Source: Camelus ferus
Taxonomy: Eukaryota
Assembly: GCF_009834535.1 (NCBI RefSeq)
Contig: NC_045697.1
Coordinates: forward strand, 76,448,001 to 76,512,000
Direction of reading: 5' to 3'
DNA: 64,000 nt
Below are positions 1 to 12,830 of this stretch, one piece after another (the stretch's first letter is position 1; the number at the start of each line of letters is the position of its first letter). Below the pieces are notes generated by a model. The model saw nothing but the letters and a program-made list of their open reading frames with translations. It was not told where the DNA came from and searched no databases. Position numbers and translations under genes: made by a program.

Positions 1-2719
1 CAGTTCATATCAAGTTCACTTCCTGAGGTATGGCCAGCTGGGGCTTCACCGGGCCCTGGGAGGAGAGAGGTTCCTACAATGTCCTAGAGATGAAGATTGA
101 TTCCCTTCAGTTCTGAGCACAGAGGCCGATGCTGTCTGCTGACCATACAGCCATTAGAGTCTCGGGCATCTCCGTGCCCGAGACTAATCCTGGCTGTGAT
201 GCTCATTTTCTGGGTGATGATATGTAGGTCCCTTAAGCCTCCTGATCATCAGCTCATTGGTCTCTAAAATGGGAAATCTAATATTAAAGTTGCTCTCCAC
301 CATGGACTGGAGTGAAAACTAATACAAAGCACTCCCAAGCACCCTGAAAAGGTTCAGTGCTAAGCACAGTGAGACCAGTGTGGCCAGAAGCCCCATGCCT
401 GTGCCAGATGGAACTGGCCTTGGATGCTCTTTCCCCTCCTGCTCCCAGATGATGAGGGTCTGGCTGAACATTCTGCTGGGGTCCAGCCTGGTGTGTGCTG
501 AGAAAGCCCCTGAGAAAGATGGGACCCATATACAGGGCAGTGCTAATGTCATCCTAGAAAATGACTTCACAGAAGTTCCCAGCTCTGAGATTTGTGTTTA
601 TCAGTGCTTCTGAGCAGCAGCTATTTGTTTGTGATATGCAACTCTTCAAATAAAATTCTTTTATTTTAGCAAATTTTTGGTTTCAGGGGACCCAGCTGTG
701 GGCAAAATTTCAGTCTTATACCTACATAATGCCTAAACTGTGGGCCAATGGAAGCATTTCCTAGGAAAATCAATCCAACAAGTTGTTTGATGTTGTTTAG
801 CCACACCAGTTGTTTGGAGTTTTTACTTCCTAGCCAGTTGCTCTGGGATTGCTTAGGCGAAACCCAAATTAATTTTGTTCTTGGTCACTTTTCATAAAAT
901 CAAAAATCTGAAAGTTCAGCCCTGACCACCTCACAAAATGGGCAGTCTTGTTCTTGACCTCATTAACAAAGGGCTCTCCTTCCAACTCACACCAACCTGG
1001 GGGAGGAAATAAACCAGACAGCCCGAATGACGACAGAGAGGGATGAAATAACCCCTCCTCGGGACAATGCCTTTTCCTGTCTCTGGAGGCTCCTCCTATT
1101 CCCACACTGGTTTCTGTATCCGTTACTCTACCAGGATCCTCTTTCACATCAAAGTGTCCCTCCTTGGGCTTCACAAGTAGGGGCATAACCTTAGTTTCTA
1201 CAGGAAGGAATTTTCATCCCAAAGGAAAGGGGAAAACTGTGTGTTTGGTTGCTATAAAATTACATGCCACTTTCCTTGTTTGTCAATTTATAATCATGCA
1301 AACAAAAAGTATAGGCAGACCTCTAGCTGCCATGGACCAAAATGTTCAGCTCCTAGACTCCTATAGTTCAAGTTGAAAGTATTAAAAAAAAATTAAAACT
1401 CCAGCCATTCAGTCTTCATTACTAATATTAAATGCCTGAGTCCGGGAAAGTTTTAGTGGAGGACGATTCTTTTCTACTTCAAAAGCACATGAAAGGGCAT
1501 AAGCTGGACAGATTTTAAGGAACAGAGGTTGAAGAATACCATGCATTCCACCTCAGACTGGACTACTGGGACCCTCTTGGGAGGTCTGCGTTTGAATCAA
1601 ATTTTAAACTGCTACGTATTATCGGTGATGGTAAAGCACTAGAGCTTCTCCAAAGCTGTCCTTCGTGTCATTATCAAAAGCACTTATTTAGCAACTAACA
1701 TATCTTACGCATGGCAGATATTTGAATAGGCATGTCCCTGCCTTTCTGGCGCCTCTGATCTACAATGTGCAGATACCTTTGGGGACACGGAGTAAATATC
1801 AAAACCTTGAGCAGTAGGGAGTATGCCCAACAGTATTTTTTTAATGTATAATTGTGCAGGGGGACTGGGGAATAGGAAAAATGATGCTCAACAAAGTTCA
1901 ACCTGGTGGGATATGCAGAAAACCATTCATTGTCTTTGCGGCAGGACACCTTTGAAGGGCATCCACATTTGGGGGCTGGGAGGTACTGATCAAAAGATAG
2001 CATAGGTTTCAAAAAGTGAAGAAATACTCTAAATATTCTAAAGGTGTTCATTCATTAATTCATTCACTTGCTCATTCAGAATTTATCAACTGCTTCCTGA
2101 ATGCCCAGATGTGTAGCTGACTCTGGTATAAAACACGTAGATCCATACATGCCTCGAAAAACTCATACACACTCAGAAGTTCATGATGGAACGATGTTAA
2201 AGCAACGTGGAAGGAAATGAGTTAGCCCAGTGCAAATTCGTAGTTCGGAGGCAGATTTGGAATGAATCGCAATCACTCTGGGATAGACTGGGATCTAGGC
2301 TTAGGGACAGAGAAGCACAATTCCTAACTGTCCTTAAATAACCTCAGGGCAAGCTTCCTTACTGTTCTTTTCTCTTTTGTACTCAAATAGAGAGGGAGAA
2401 ACAAGCCCTGTGGCTTATGAATTTCTTCTAACAATTAGGAAAATGTTTCTTTACCAAAGGTGTGTACACTTTAGGCACTACTCTTGGGCTAGAGAAAAGA
2501 AACATTGAAAAAGGATATGCTCTTTCATGAGAACTATGTAGTAATCATACTATCATTAGAAGGGGAGAAAAAAAAAAAAGGAGAGAAAAGAGAGGAAAAG
2601 GAATGCAAGGCAGAAGAGATGAGATTTCATTCTGCCAAAGCCACTGTCGTCTTCAAGAAACCCACAGGTAACACTGACCCCTACACCAACAGAGAAAGGA
2701 GGGGAAATGAAAAACATTG

Positions 2720-2925
2720 GCTAAGCACCTGCCAGTCCCCATGCGCTTTAATACCATTATCTTATAACACCTCACAATCGCTTGCCAGAAAGGTGTTAAC
2801 AACTCTCATTTCATAGCTGAAGAAACTAAAGCTCAGTGAGTTGAAGTAACTTGCCCATAGCTACACAGCCAGTAAGTTACAGAGCCAGGAGGTAAGTCCA
2901 GGGCTGCCTAATGCTGGAGCTCATA
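2720..2925 (-). mobile_element. MIR SINE
   Basis: CTCATTTCATAGCTGAAGAAACTAAAGCTCAGTGAGTTGAAGTAACTTGCCCA matches the MIR core. Confidence 0.75.
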
Positions 2926-4769
2926 AATGTTTCCCCCACCCCACACTCCCCCGACTCTATGCTTAAAGCTTCAGAGAAAAATGTATGTATGTAAGCCCCT
3001 GGCTGACTGCAGGACAAATATTCCTTTAAGTGTCTGCCTGTTCAGCCTCTCCAGGGATACATCAGAGTATTTTTTAAACACAGTTTCCCCATTTCCTTCG
3101 CTCACCCAGTTTCTTTATTTCTATAATATTATTATAAAAGCAGTCATGGTTTATATTTGAAATTGAGCACATATTGCTAGCTGGAGCACTTATGAGGTAC
3201 AATGTTATGTAAATCCTAGCAAAGTTATGAATTAAACTTCAGGTACTTATAGGTATATAAAACTTTGCAAAATAATATTTAAAGAGATATGCATTTATTT
3301 TTATCATTCTGGTGTAAAACTATACTATATTCTGACTATTTATAAAGTTATTTCCTTAAGTGTTTTCTATTTTTTCCCCATCCTGTCATTCTTATTCCCC
3401 CGGTAATCTCTATATATCTAAGGAAGAGGAAGCAAGAAGTTGTACCATGTGTGTCTACTAATTATAGTGTTAGTCCTGGCTACTTTGTTAGAATGCTGGT
3501 TATGTTTCAAGAAGCTACCCCTACCTTTTCCTTAGAACTGGCCAACAATTTAAATTCAAATATCTTCATGACAGGCAATTTTATTTTATGTGGCACACCA
3601 GAGGAGGGAGTTGGTTTGGGTGTGTTTGGTTTGGGGCTTTTTTTTTTTTTTTTTTTTTTTACTTTCCATTTTTGGTAGGAGGTTGTGCTTCAGAAAAGTA
3701 TGTTCAGTTGGCCTATACCATCGGAAAACTTTTCTTGAGTTGCCCTACCCATATGCCACAAGCCTGAACCCAGCAGATACCAGCTCCAAGAAAAAGCAGG
3801 GCATTCTATCTCTGTGACTGGTTCCATTTTTGGATTCTCTTTGGAGTCTGCCAATAAGTTCCAGATGTGATGTGTTGGTTTTTCAGATCCAAGTTACCTG
3901 TCCATTGGGAGCTAAAGAGACCACTAGTTTGGGCCACCCACCACTGACAGATGGCAATGACTTTGGTCACTGACGATGTTGGCTGGATTCAACTCAGCTT
4001 AGAAGAGAAAGAAACCATAATACTCCTTAACAATTTCCTTTGCCCCACCCAGTCATTCTACTAAAGAAAAGAAGATTTGAAGAGTCAAGACTCCACACCA
4101 CATGCGCCACATTAACATCTGGACAAAGGCTTGAGGGACTCTCCTGAAAACAGAAGAAAAGGAGAAAATCCTCCAGGTCACTGCTGCTCCCTAACTCTGC
4201 AGGGCAGCGCCGCTGAGTGAGGGTGGAGTGGAGTGGAGTGGCGTGGAGCTCCTGGTTTGTGAGAACAGCCAGTAGCGGTTTGGCGGGTTGGTTACACAGA
4301 TTAAAACTAATTTGCATTCATCTAAAACAAATTGGTAAATACAAGGTGCTTATTATATACAGAGTATCACTGAAAGGCTATAAATGTATAATAAAAGTAA
4401 GGAAACTGGGGCTTCGAGATGTTGAATCATTTAATGAAAAATGTCATTTTCATATACATGACATTTCTCATGAAAAAAAATGTTTGGAAAAACTTTCTGT
4501 ATTCTGGATTTAGGTTCCTTTGAGGAAAAAAAAAATCCAAGTATCCTAAAGTATCACGTCCAATCAGACCACGGTCTACGTGAAGGCAAATTCAGGTCAG
4601 CCAAAGTACAAAAGTGCACTTACAATTTGATTTTTTTAAGTTATTCAATAAAAAAGGGATAGATACTAGGACACTTTTACATCCTATCATGTTTTTTCCC
4701 TGAATTCCCTGTTTTTCTTTTTAAGAAGAAATCTTAAATATGAATATAGTAAAATTAACTAATTCCATA

Positions 4770-5320
4770 GGCTTTGGAGGCTCAAATACGATATTAAACT
4801 TTGGCAAATGATTCAACATCTCGAAGCTCCAGTTTCCTTACTTGTGGAATAGAATGTCCATCTTACAGAGTTGTGAGAACTCAGTGACATCGTGTATCAT
4901 GAGCACTTAACACAGCTCCTATCAGACGGTAAGCACTTAATAATGATCAGATATTGCATATAATCATAGCTACTCCCTCTTCTGTTCCAACTGCTTCCAC
5001 TCCAGCCCACATTCACAGTACTGTCTTCCATCTCCTGATGTGTGGGTTCTAGGGGAAGCAGAGTGAACGGTTAAAAGCATGGACTCTGAAGTCCCACTGT
5101 CTTGGCTCTCTTCTTGTCTTTTCTGTTTACTGACCTAGGGCAAGCTACTTTACCTCCCTGTGCTTCAGTCTCCTCACCTTTAAAATAGGGATGATAATAG
5201 TACCTAATTCCTGAAGTTATTGTGAGGACTGAATGAGTTAATATATGTGAAGTACTGAAAACAATGCCCAGCTGCTGTAAGCTCTCAGTAACTATTAGCC
5301 ATCATTATTATTATGCTTAT
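4770..5320 (+). mobile_element. Two MIR fragments (about 4770-4960 and 5060-5320)
   Basis: CTGTGCTTCAGTCTCCTCACCTTTAAAATAGGGATGATAATAGTACCT...GTTATTGTGAGGACTGAATGAG. Confidence 0.75.
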
Positions 5321-5659
5321 TAATGCGATGGAATTCATAACCTCCTTGAGTTAAGTTGTTGGACTGTGATGTCCATAAAGTCTACTTTTGTCTTCACTGT
5401 ATCCCCAAGCACTTAGTACGTTATCTGACACAGAGTGGGGCCTCAGTATATATCAACTTTTACCATTTCGTATGTAGACTATGAAGTGACTTTCTAACAG
5501 CACTCTCGCTCTGTGGTTATCACCCCTCAAATCCATCCTGTCAACCCAGATCTATCCCAATCCCATCCTACCTGCCTGTCCCATCTGATCTCCCATTGTT
5601 CCTCTAAACATCCTCAATCTCTAGCAAACACTGCTGATTTCCTCCCCCAACCATGAACT

Positions 5660-6102
5660 ACAGGGGGTGGGCCTCAGCCCCAGCCACTGGGGTGAGTCAT
5701 TATTCCTTCAGATCAGTCAGTGTACTCATTCCTCTTACCAGTGACTGACTGAGGTGTGGACACACAATGGAATTTTGACCAATTAGATCTGAGAGCAAGC
5801 CTTTGGGAAGGAGAGAGGTATCTGAGAACGATTTTCCTTAATGATAAAGGTAGTTAGGGAGAAACAGTTCCTCTGCTCCCACTGGATATTGCGGCATTTG
5901 CATGTGAGGCCTGGAGTTGTTGCAGCCATCTTACATCCATGAGGAGAACTAAGCCAAAGCTCTAAGGAGGACTGAGATGCACTGATGTGCTGAATTAATC
6001 AACCTGTACCATGCTAGCTACAGAATTCTTCTTATTTAAGAGAATACATATATATGACTTGGGCTTTTCTGTTACTTGCAGCCATAAGTACCCTAACTGA
6101 TA
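5660..6102 (+). mobile_element. MLT1-type (MaLR) LTR
   Basis: GCAGCCATCTT internal motif and 3' end TTTTCTGTTACTTGCAGCC...CTAACTGATACA. Confidence 0.65.
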
Positions 6103-7104
6103 CACAAGAAATCCTCCCCAACAAAAAAGGCCAAGATATAATACTTAACCCCCAAAAGTGCACATATCATAAATATACTGCTTATTGAATTTTCATAAAC
6201 TAAATATACCTATGTAACCAGCACTGAAATAAAAATTCAACTTCATTAATATATTAATGAAGAAATAAAAATTAAAACTATTTTACCTAACAAATGGGTA
6301 AAGATGAAAGATTAATATTCTTTCTCTTGATTTGGATGTAGAAAAGTGTATTCTCTCATTGCTTTCAGTGAGTATATAATTTGGCAACATGTATCAAAAT
6401 TTTAAACATGTTTGCATTTTGACCCAGCAATTTAACTTCTAGGAGTTTATCCTAAGGAAATAATCAAACAGATATGCAAAGAGACATGTACGTCTTCACC
6501 GCTGGCATTTCACAGCAAATAATTACAAATAATCCAGGTAGCCATCAATAGAGAACTGGTTGAATAAACTTTTGTCTACCTCTAAAAAGATACCTTTATG
6601 AATTGATATCATGGGGAAATTTCCCCATAATATACTGTTTTTAATAAAGTCAGCATGTTGTCTAATACTAAGTATAATATGAGCCCACCTGGAGTACCTA
6701 AGGATAACAGTGGTTATCAGTTGGGCATAAAAGCAGAGACAACATCTACTTTGTACTCCATTGTACTGTTTTACTTTGTGAATCAACAGGCACGTGCTAC
6801 TATTTTCATCAGAAGTCATACTGAATTGTTGAGAACATGTACTCTGCAAGGCACTGGAAGAACCACCCCAATGCATCAGCCCTCTCCTCCTGAATCCTGC
6901 CTGCCAGTAAGACAGTGGTTCTCATTGGGTTGTCCCTGTACCACCAGCTAGATAAAGATGTGGTCCAGGTAAGGCATTGAGTTTCCATAGCAACCACAAA
7001 AAATTCACTGTAAAGATTACAACCAATGATATTTATGGGAGCTTCTATATTCTTATAACTGTGAGAAGAACAATTTTTAAATTTCTATAAGAATTCCAAC
7101 TAGA

Positions 7105-7455
7105 TGACAGCTGGAAAAGGCAAAACTATGGAGATCAGTGGTTGCCAGGGGTTAGGGTAGTTGGGGAACAACAGGTGGTGCACAGAGGATTTTTAGGGCA
7201 GTGAAAATACTCTGTCTACTGCTATAATGATGCCTACATGTTAGTATACATTTGTCCAAACCTATAGAATGTATGACACCAAGAGCAAACCCTAATGTAC
7301 AGCATGGACTTTGGGTGATAATGACAGGTCAATGTAGATTTACTGAGAGTAACAAATATACCATTCTGGTGCGGGGTGTGTGGAAGCAGGAGGTTTTGGG
7401 AACTGTACTTTTCACTCAATTTTTCTGTGAACCTAAAACTGCTCTAAAAATTAAT
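7105..7455 (+). mobile_element. L1M (L1MC-like) 3' end
   Basis: AAAAGGCAAAACTATGGAGATCAGTGGTTGCCAGGG...TGTGAACCTAAAACTGCTCTAAAAA. Confidence 0.75.
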
Positions 7456-7459
7456 TATT

Positions 7460-8430
7460 TTTTGATTCAATATATGTATATATTTCAAAATGATCACCAC
7501 AAAAAGTCTAATTAACAACTGTCACTACATAGTCACAATTTTTTTCCTGTGATGAGAAGTTTTAAGATCTACTCTCTTGGCAACTTTCAAATAGGCAATA
7601 CAGTGTGATTAGTGGGTTAACTGTATCCTCAGAACTTATTTATTTTATAACTGATGTTGTATCTTTTGACCACCTTCACCCACTGCCCACCGCTAGCAAC
7701 CACCAATCTGTTTTCTGTATCTATGAGTTTGTTTTCATTTTGTTTAGATTCCACATATAAATGAGATCGTATTGGTATTTGTCTTTGTCTGACATTTCAC
7801 TCAGCCTTCAAGGTCCATCCATGCTGTAGCAAATGGCAGGACCTTCCTTCTTTTACGGCTGAATGATATACTATTGTGTGTATATACACACACAGATACA
7901 CACATATATACATGTCACATTTTCTTTATCCATTCATCCATCAGTGGACACTAAGGCCTTTTCCATGGCTTGGCTATTGTAAATAATGCTGCAATGAGTG
8001 TGGAAGTCCAGATATCTTTTCAAATTAATGCTTTTGCTTCCTTTGGATACATACCCAGAGTGGAACTGCTGGATCAAATGGTAGTTCTATTTTTAATTTT
8101 TAAAGGAAACTCCATACTGTTTTCCACAGTGGCTGCACCAATTGATATTCCCACCAACAGTGCACAAGGGTTCTCTTTTATCCACAGCTTCACCAATAAT
8201 TGTTATTTGTTGTCTTTTTGATAATAGCCATTCTAGCAGCTATCTCACTGTGGTTTTGATTTGCATTTTCCCAATGATTAGTGGCACTGAGCACCTTTTA
8301 ATGTACATGTTGGCCATCTGTATGTCTTCTTTAGAACAGTGTCTATTCAGATCCTCTGACCATCTTTTAATCAAACTGTTTGCTATTGAGTTGCATTAGT
8401 TCTTTATATATTTTGGATATTAACCCCTCT
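7460..8430 (-). mobile_element. L1MA-type 3' region
   Basis: Antisense L1 hallmarks: TTCTTTATCCATTCATCC, GCTATTGTAAATAATGCTGCAATG, GTGGTTTTGATTTGCATTT. Confidence 0.85.
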
Positions 8431-9344
8431 AAAGCCTATTTTTCAAAAATCCTATAGGCATAAAAATGTTTGTGAGAAATGGGTCATTTATTTCTCTCAT
8501 TAGGAGAAAAATTGACTGGCGTGAGCTAAAATTGGAAAGGTTCAAAACAGCTGGTTTATTAGAACCTGTTTCTGAATGCCCACTGACCAAAGCAGCCTAA
8601 ACAACACCTTATTCTTCTCACACCTAGAACATTTATCTGCCCAAGGTGTTGCATTCTTAGAGGTAAGTTTTCACCCAAAGCATTGCAGCCATAGGTGAAA
8701 TCAAACAGAGCCGGTTTCACTCACTTGCAGTGCTTAAAATATTTATAATCCTTTCTATAGCCAAAGGCAGCAGGCTAATTATTTACCAAGCAAGTGGAAA
8801 TGGTGTCCCCAAGGATATGGTAGAACAGATACACCAATTGGGAGAAAGACTGGTAGTTAGCTGGAGTGCAGGGAGTCTCACACGCATCTTGGAGGGGCTC
8901 TATTTTAGACTCACGTAAGAACTGGACCCATCGTGCTACAAATGACACTTTTGCTACTGAAAAGATCAAACGGTGCTGAAAAGGCTTCTGTAGCTAGTCC
9001 TCAAGTTGATTTTCTGAGCATCTCTAATAAGCTACAGTGAGAGAAATTTGTGCTCTCTTGGGCTAGAAGGTCCCAAAATGGAAAGGCTCTCTAGATTCCA
9101 GGAGAGAGATTTAATGGAGGTGGGAGATTATTGAGGCTCCACAAAAGGCTTTAAATTTCCTAGCCAAAAAGCTTTTTATTGGTAACGATGGTGATTTACG
9201 GGTTCTGCTAATTAGAAGACCAGTTAAGGCTTACTTTAAAAATTTTCAGAAAACTCAGTAACATCTAGCCTTGAACATGGTGCTCCCTCTCATCTCACCC
9301 CTCAAAAATAACAACAGTAACATGTTTATATTCTTCCAGAATTT

Positions 9345-9348
<4 letters not shown>

Positions 9349-9397
<49 letters not shown>
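9349..9397. repeat. (TG)24 microsatellite
   Basis: Direct read. Confidence 0.97.
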
Positions 9398-9406
<9 letters not shown>

Positions 9407-9619
9407 TGCATCTATTAGTCCTGGTGATGTTATCAAGATATCACATTACAATGCTGTTGGTCATTTCCAGCTCTTCTTGAAATGCTCACTTAATGACAGA
9501 GAGGTCTGACACAAAGACCAATAGCCTGAACTGAGTTTGCCCAATGCTAAAAGTTCTGATTCCCACCTCACATCAGTAATAATAATGCTTCCTAAACACT
9601 ACCAGCTGTGCTCTCCATG

Positions 9620-10350
9620 TTTGTAAAACCTAGCCTGTGAGCATTTTGCAAGTCTGAAACCTGGAAGTTACCTTAACAACATCCTTTCCCTCCCCTCTGT
9701 GCTCCATCCACAACTACGTGCAGGCAATCTGATCTCCTTCCAGGCTCAGATTTCTGCATTTTCAACATCAGAACCTTGGTCCAGGTCATTGAAATCTCCC
9801 ATCTGAGCTACTGCAGTAGCCTTCCTGTGATCTTGCCCTCCTTCAACTCATTTTCCAAGAAATAGCTAGAGTGATCTTTCTAAAAACATAAACCTAACCC
9901 TAACATCCACTTACCAAAGGCTTTGTGTTGCACATACAACGAAGTCCTTGCATGATGTTGCCATCAGTCCTTACGTGATCGAACTCTGCCTCCCTGTCCA
10001 GCCTCAGTCACTCTCCCCTCACTTCCCAGGCTCTGGCCACTCCGACTGTCAATTCCAGGAGTATCCATCCGTGTTCTCTCCTGGCTCGGATACATGGACC
10101 CTGCTGTTCTCTCTGCCTGAAATCTTCTTCCTCAACTCTCCCTTCTTCACGTAGTTAATTCCTATCCAGCCTTCAGATCTCAGCTCAAACATCACTTTGT
10201 CAAGGTAAGTATTTACTGTGTCTGTGTGATTGGTTAATGTCTCTGTTGCCCACTAGACTGTAGGCTCCATGTAAGCAGGTCTGTTTTAGTACCTGGTTTG
10301 CCCAGAAACTAACAAAGTGCCTGCCACATGGCAGGAACTGGAATATTTGC
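9620..10350 (+). mobile_element. L2 LINE fragment
   Basis: CAGCCTTCAGATCTCAGCTCAAACATCAC, CCCACTAGACTGTAGGCTCCAT, AAAGTGCCTGCCACATGGCAGG. Confidence 0.7.
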
Positions 10351-10754
10351 CAAGCCAATTTACTTCCCTGTGAAGGATCTTAATTTGCTAACAATTAAAG
10401 GACCAGTGCAAGTCAAGCTGCTGGACAGAGTCCCAGCTGGGGAAACAGTGACCATGCCCTCTGGTAAAAAAGCCAGAAAGTAGGAATTTTCTCTCCATTT
10501 CTGATACTACCCAGGCACCAAACCCTGGCTTCAGGGTGCTCTGTTCAGCTTGGTCATGCCTGGATGGGCAAAGATGAGACATACGGACAGTATATGGACA
10601 TATGGACAGCAGTACTGAATCCTCCTTTTTCAAGATGAAAAAATGACTTTCCAAAGGTTTGGGTTTTTTTTTTTTTTTTTTAATAATTAAATTTTAATAG
10701 CTAACTGAGCTGGGGAAATAAACCAAATCCATCAAAATTACTTTTCCATCCTTT

Positions 10755-10788
10755 GGCGCCCTCTATTGACAGTAAATGCAATTGCAGT
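10755..10788 (-). promoter_or_regulatory. Candidate CTCF site (core plus upstream module)
   Basis: Minus strand reads CTGCAATTGCATTTACTGTCAATAGAGGGCGCC: a CCASYAGRKGGCRS-like core preceded by a TGCA-type upstream motif, with a retained CpG in an AT-rich context. Confidence 0.6.
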
Positions 10789-11719
10789 TAAATTATTGCA
10801 AATTCTCTTCTAGCTGGGAGATGAGAAGGTATTTGCAGGTCTTTCTACAAATACAGATTCTGGGTGAATTTATAGTCTTTGGGAAGATCTGATACTCTCT
10901 CACCAAAAGTGGTGTTTATGGGTTCATGCATTTCAACTTTTTTGCCACGTCTTTAGGCATATATCTGCATTTGGGCAATGTTATTAGAACTCAGAGGAAA
11001 TTTGTGATAGAATTTCCAAGTCTCAAACAGCAGTAAGAAAGAAGCATCTTTGCCTGTGCAGAAAATATGCTTTACACAGAACTTCCAGGTTATTTTTTTG
11101 TTTTTCTTACCTGGGCAAAACTCAGACCTATACTGGAAACAAGGCCAAAGCAAATATTAAAATATATTTGTTTTAAAATTTATTTTAATTATTTTTCATT
11201 TAAAATTAAATAGTTTTTTAATTTAATTTTAATTAATTTTAATTTTTTCCAGGTAATGTTAGTTCCAAAATAATGTTAATTCTTTTCTAAACATATGACC
11301 CACTTGTCATAGAAAAACAGACGAATCAGTAAAAAAGGATAAATCAATTTTAATATATGATTTTAACCAGAAGCATAATTGTTGAGTTAGGGAATTATTT
11401 TTTTTAATTATTACAATTGAAGCAAACAAAAATATAAAAATTCTCTAAAATGAATTTATTACACATGCTTAGTTTTCACAATTTTTAGGAGACACATGTA
11501 GAGCAGAACCCAAGAGCCTGAAGGTCAAATACATAAAATTTTTCAGTCAGTCAGTATATAAAATTTTTCATTTTTTTCCTATGAAGTGGTCAGTGAAAAT
11601 AAATAAACGAATGATGAGTCTCTGTATTAGAATCTACAGGTCAGCCTGTATATCGGAAGTACATTGGATACTGAGGCAGTATCCGGAAGGCTGGGGCCAG
11701 AACAGTCCCTAGAAAGAGC

Positions 11720-11901
11720 ACAGGCTGCCAAGTCAGCCAGATCTGGTACCATCCCGAGTCAGCCATTTTCTTGTGGTTTGACTTTCTGCAAACACTTTAA
11801 CTCCTCTCATTCTTAGTTTCCTCATCTATCCACTGGAGAAAATGACACAGAGACAGCTGTTGTAAAGATTAAATGAAATAATGTATGTCAAGTGCCTAGC
11901 A
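11720..11901 (+). mobile_element. MIR (continues after 12830)
   Basis: TTAGTTTCCTCATCTAT...GTTGTAAAGATTAAATGAAATAATGTATGTCAAGTGCCTAGCACA. Confidence 0.7.
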
Positions 11902-12830
11902 CAAAGCTATCCAATAGAAATATAATGCAAGCTACACATGTCACTTAAAATTTCTAGTGGCTGTGCTAAAAACAGTAAAAGGAAACAAATGAGTGTCATT
12001 TAACCCCATAGAACCCAAATGAAATATTATCATTTCATGTGTAATCAGTATAAAAATGTACTAACAAGATATTTTACACTTTTTTTCATGATAGGTCTTC
12101 AAAATCCAGTGTTTACCTTATACTGATAGCACATCTCAATTCAGACACAAAATTTTCAATGATTACAATCTACAAAAGCAATAAAGGTGTTTTTAATGGA
12201 AGAATATTTTACACTGCTTCAGTTTTAAAATTAAGTAAACTCTGAAATTCAGTACCACCATCTCTCTCTTGTCACATTTCCAGCGCTCATTATCCCTGCG
12301 AGGCTAGTCGCTAACTGCGATAGATGATTTTGTGTCCACTTGACTGGCTAATGGGTGGCCCAGATTAAACATCATTTCTGGGTGTGTCTGCGGGAGTGAT
12401 TTGGGATGAGATTAGTATTTGAATCAGTGCACTCACTAAAGTACATGGCTCTCTCCAAAGTGGTGTCTCTCTCACCCTCCAAACTGTTGAAAGCCTGAAC
12501 AGAGCAAAAAGGCAGAAGAAGGAGAAATCCATCTCCTTTTTCCTGCCTTACTGCTTGAGCTGGGACATCTGATATCTTTTCTTGCCCTTGGCCTGGGATT
12601 TATACCATTGCCCCCCACCCCCACTGCCTCTCAGGCCTTTGGACTTGGACTGAATCACACCATCAGCTTTCCTGGGTCTCCAGCTTGCAGATGGCAGATC
12701 TTAGGACTTCTCAGTCCCTATAATGGTGTGAGCCAATTCCTCATAATTTCATAAGAATGAATGACTATATATAGATTTTATTTCTCTGGAGAACCCTGGC
12801 TAACACACTATCATACTGGACCATGCACAG
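11902..12830 (+). mobile_element. hAT-Charlie non-autonomous element (MER33/MER3-like), interrupted by MLT2
   Basis: Starts GCTATCCAATAGAAATATAATGCAAGC and ends CTGGACCATGCACAG. CTAGCACA is duplicated at both ends. Confidence 0.7.
12316..12807 (+). mobile_element. MLT2 solo LTR (ERV-L)
   Basis: TG...CA termini, ATTTCTGGGTGTGTCTG, CTCCAGCTTGCAGATGGCAGAT, CTCTGGAGAACCCTGGCTAACACA. 5-bp TSD CTAAC/CTATC. Confidence 0.85.

Noticed and set aside
11150..11250. AT-rich quasi-palindromic stretch
   Set aside because: Low-complexity sequence in which self-complementarity is expected by chance.
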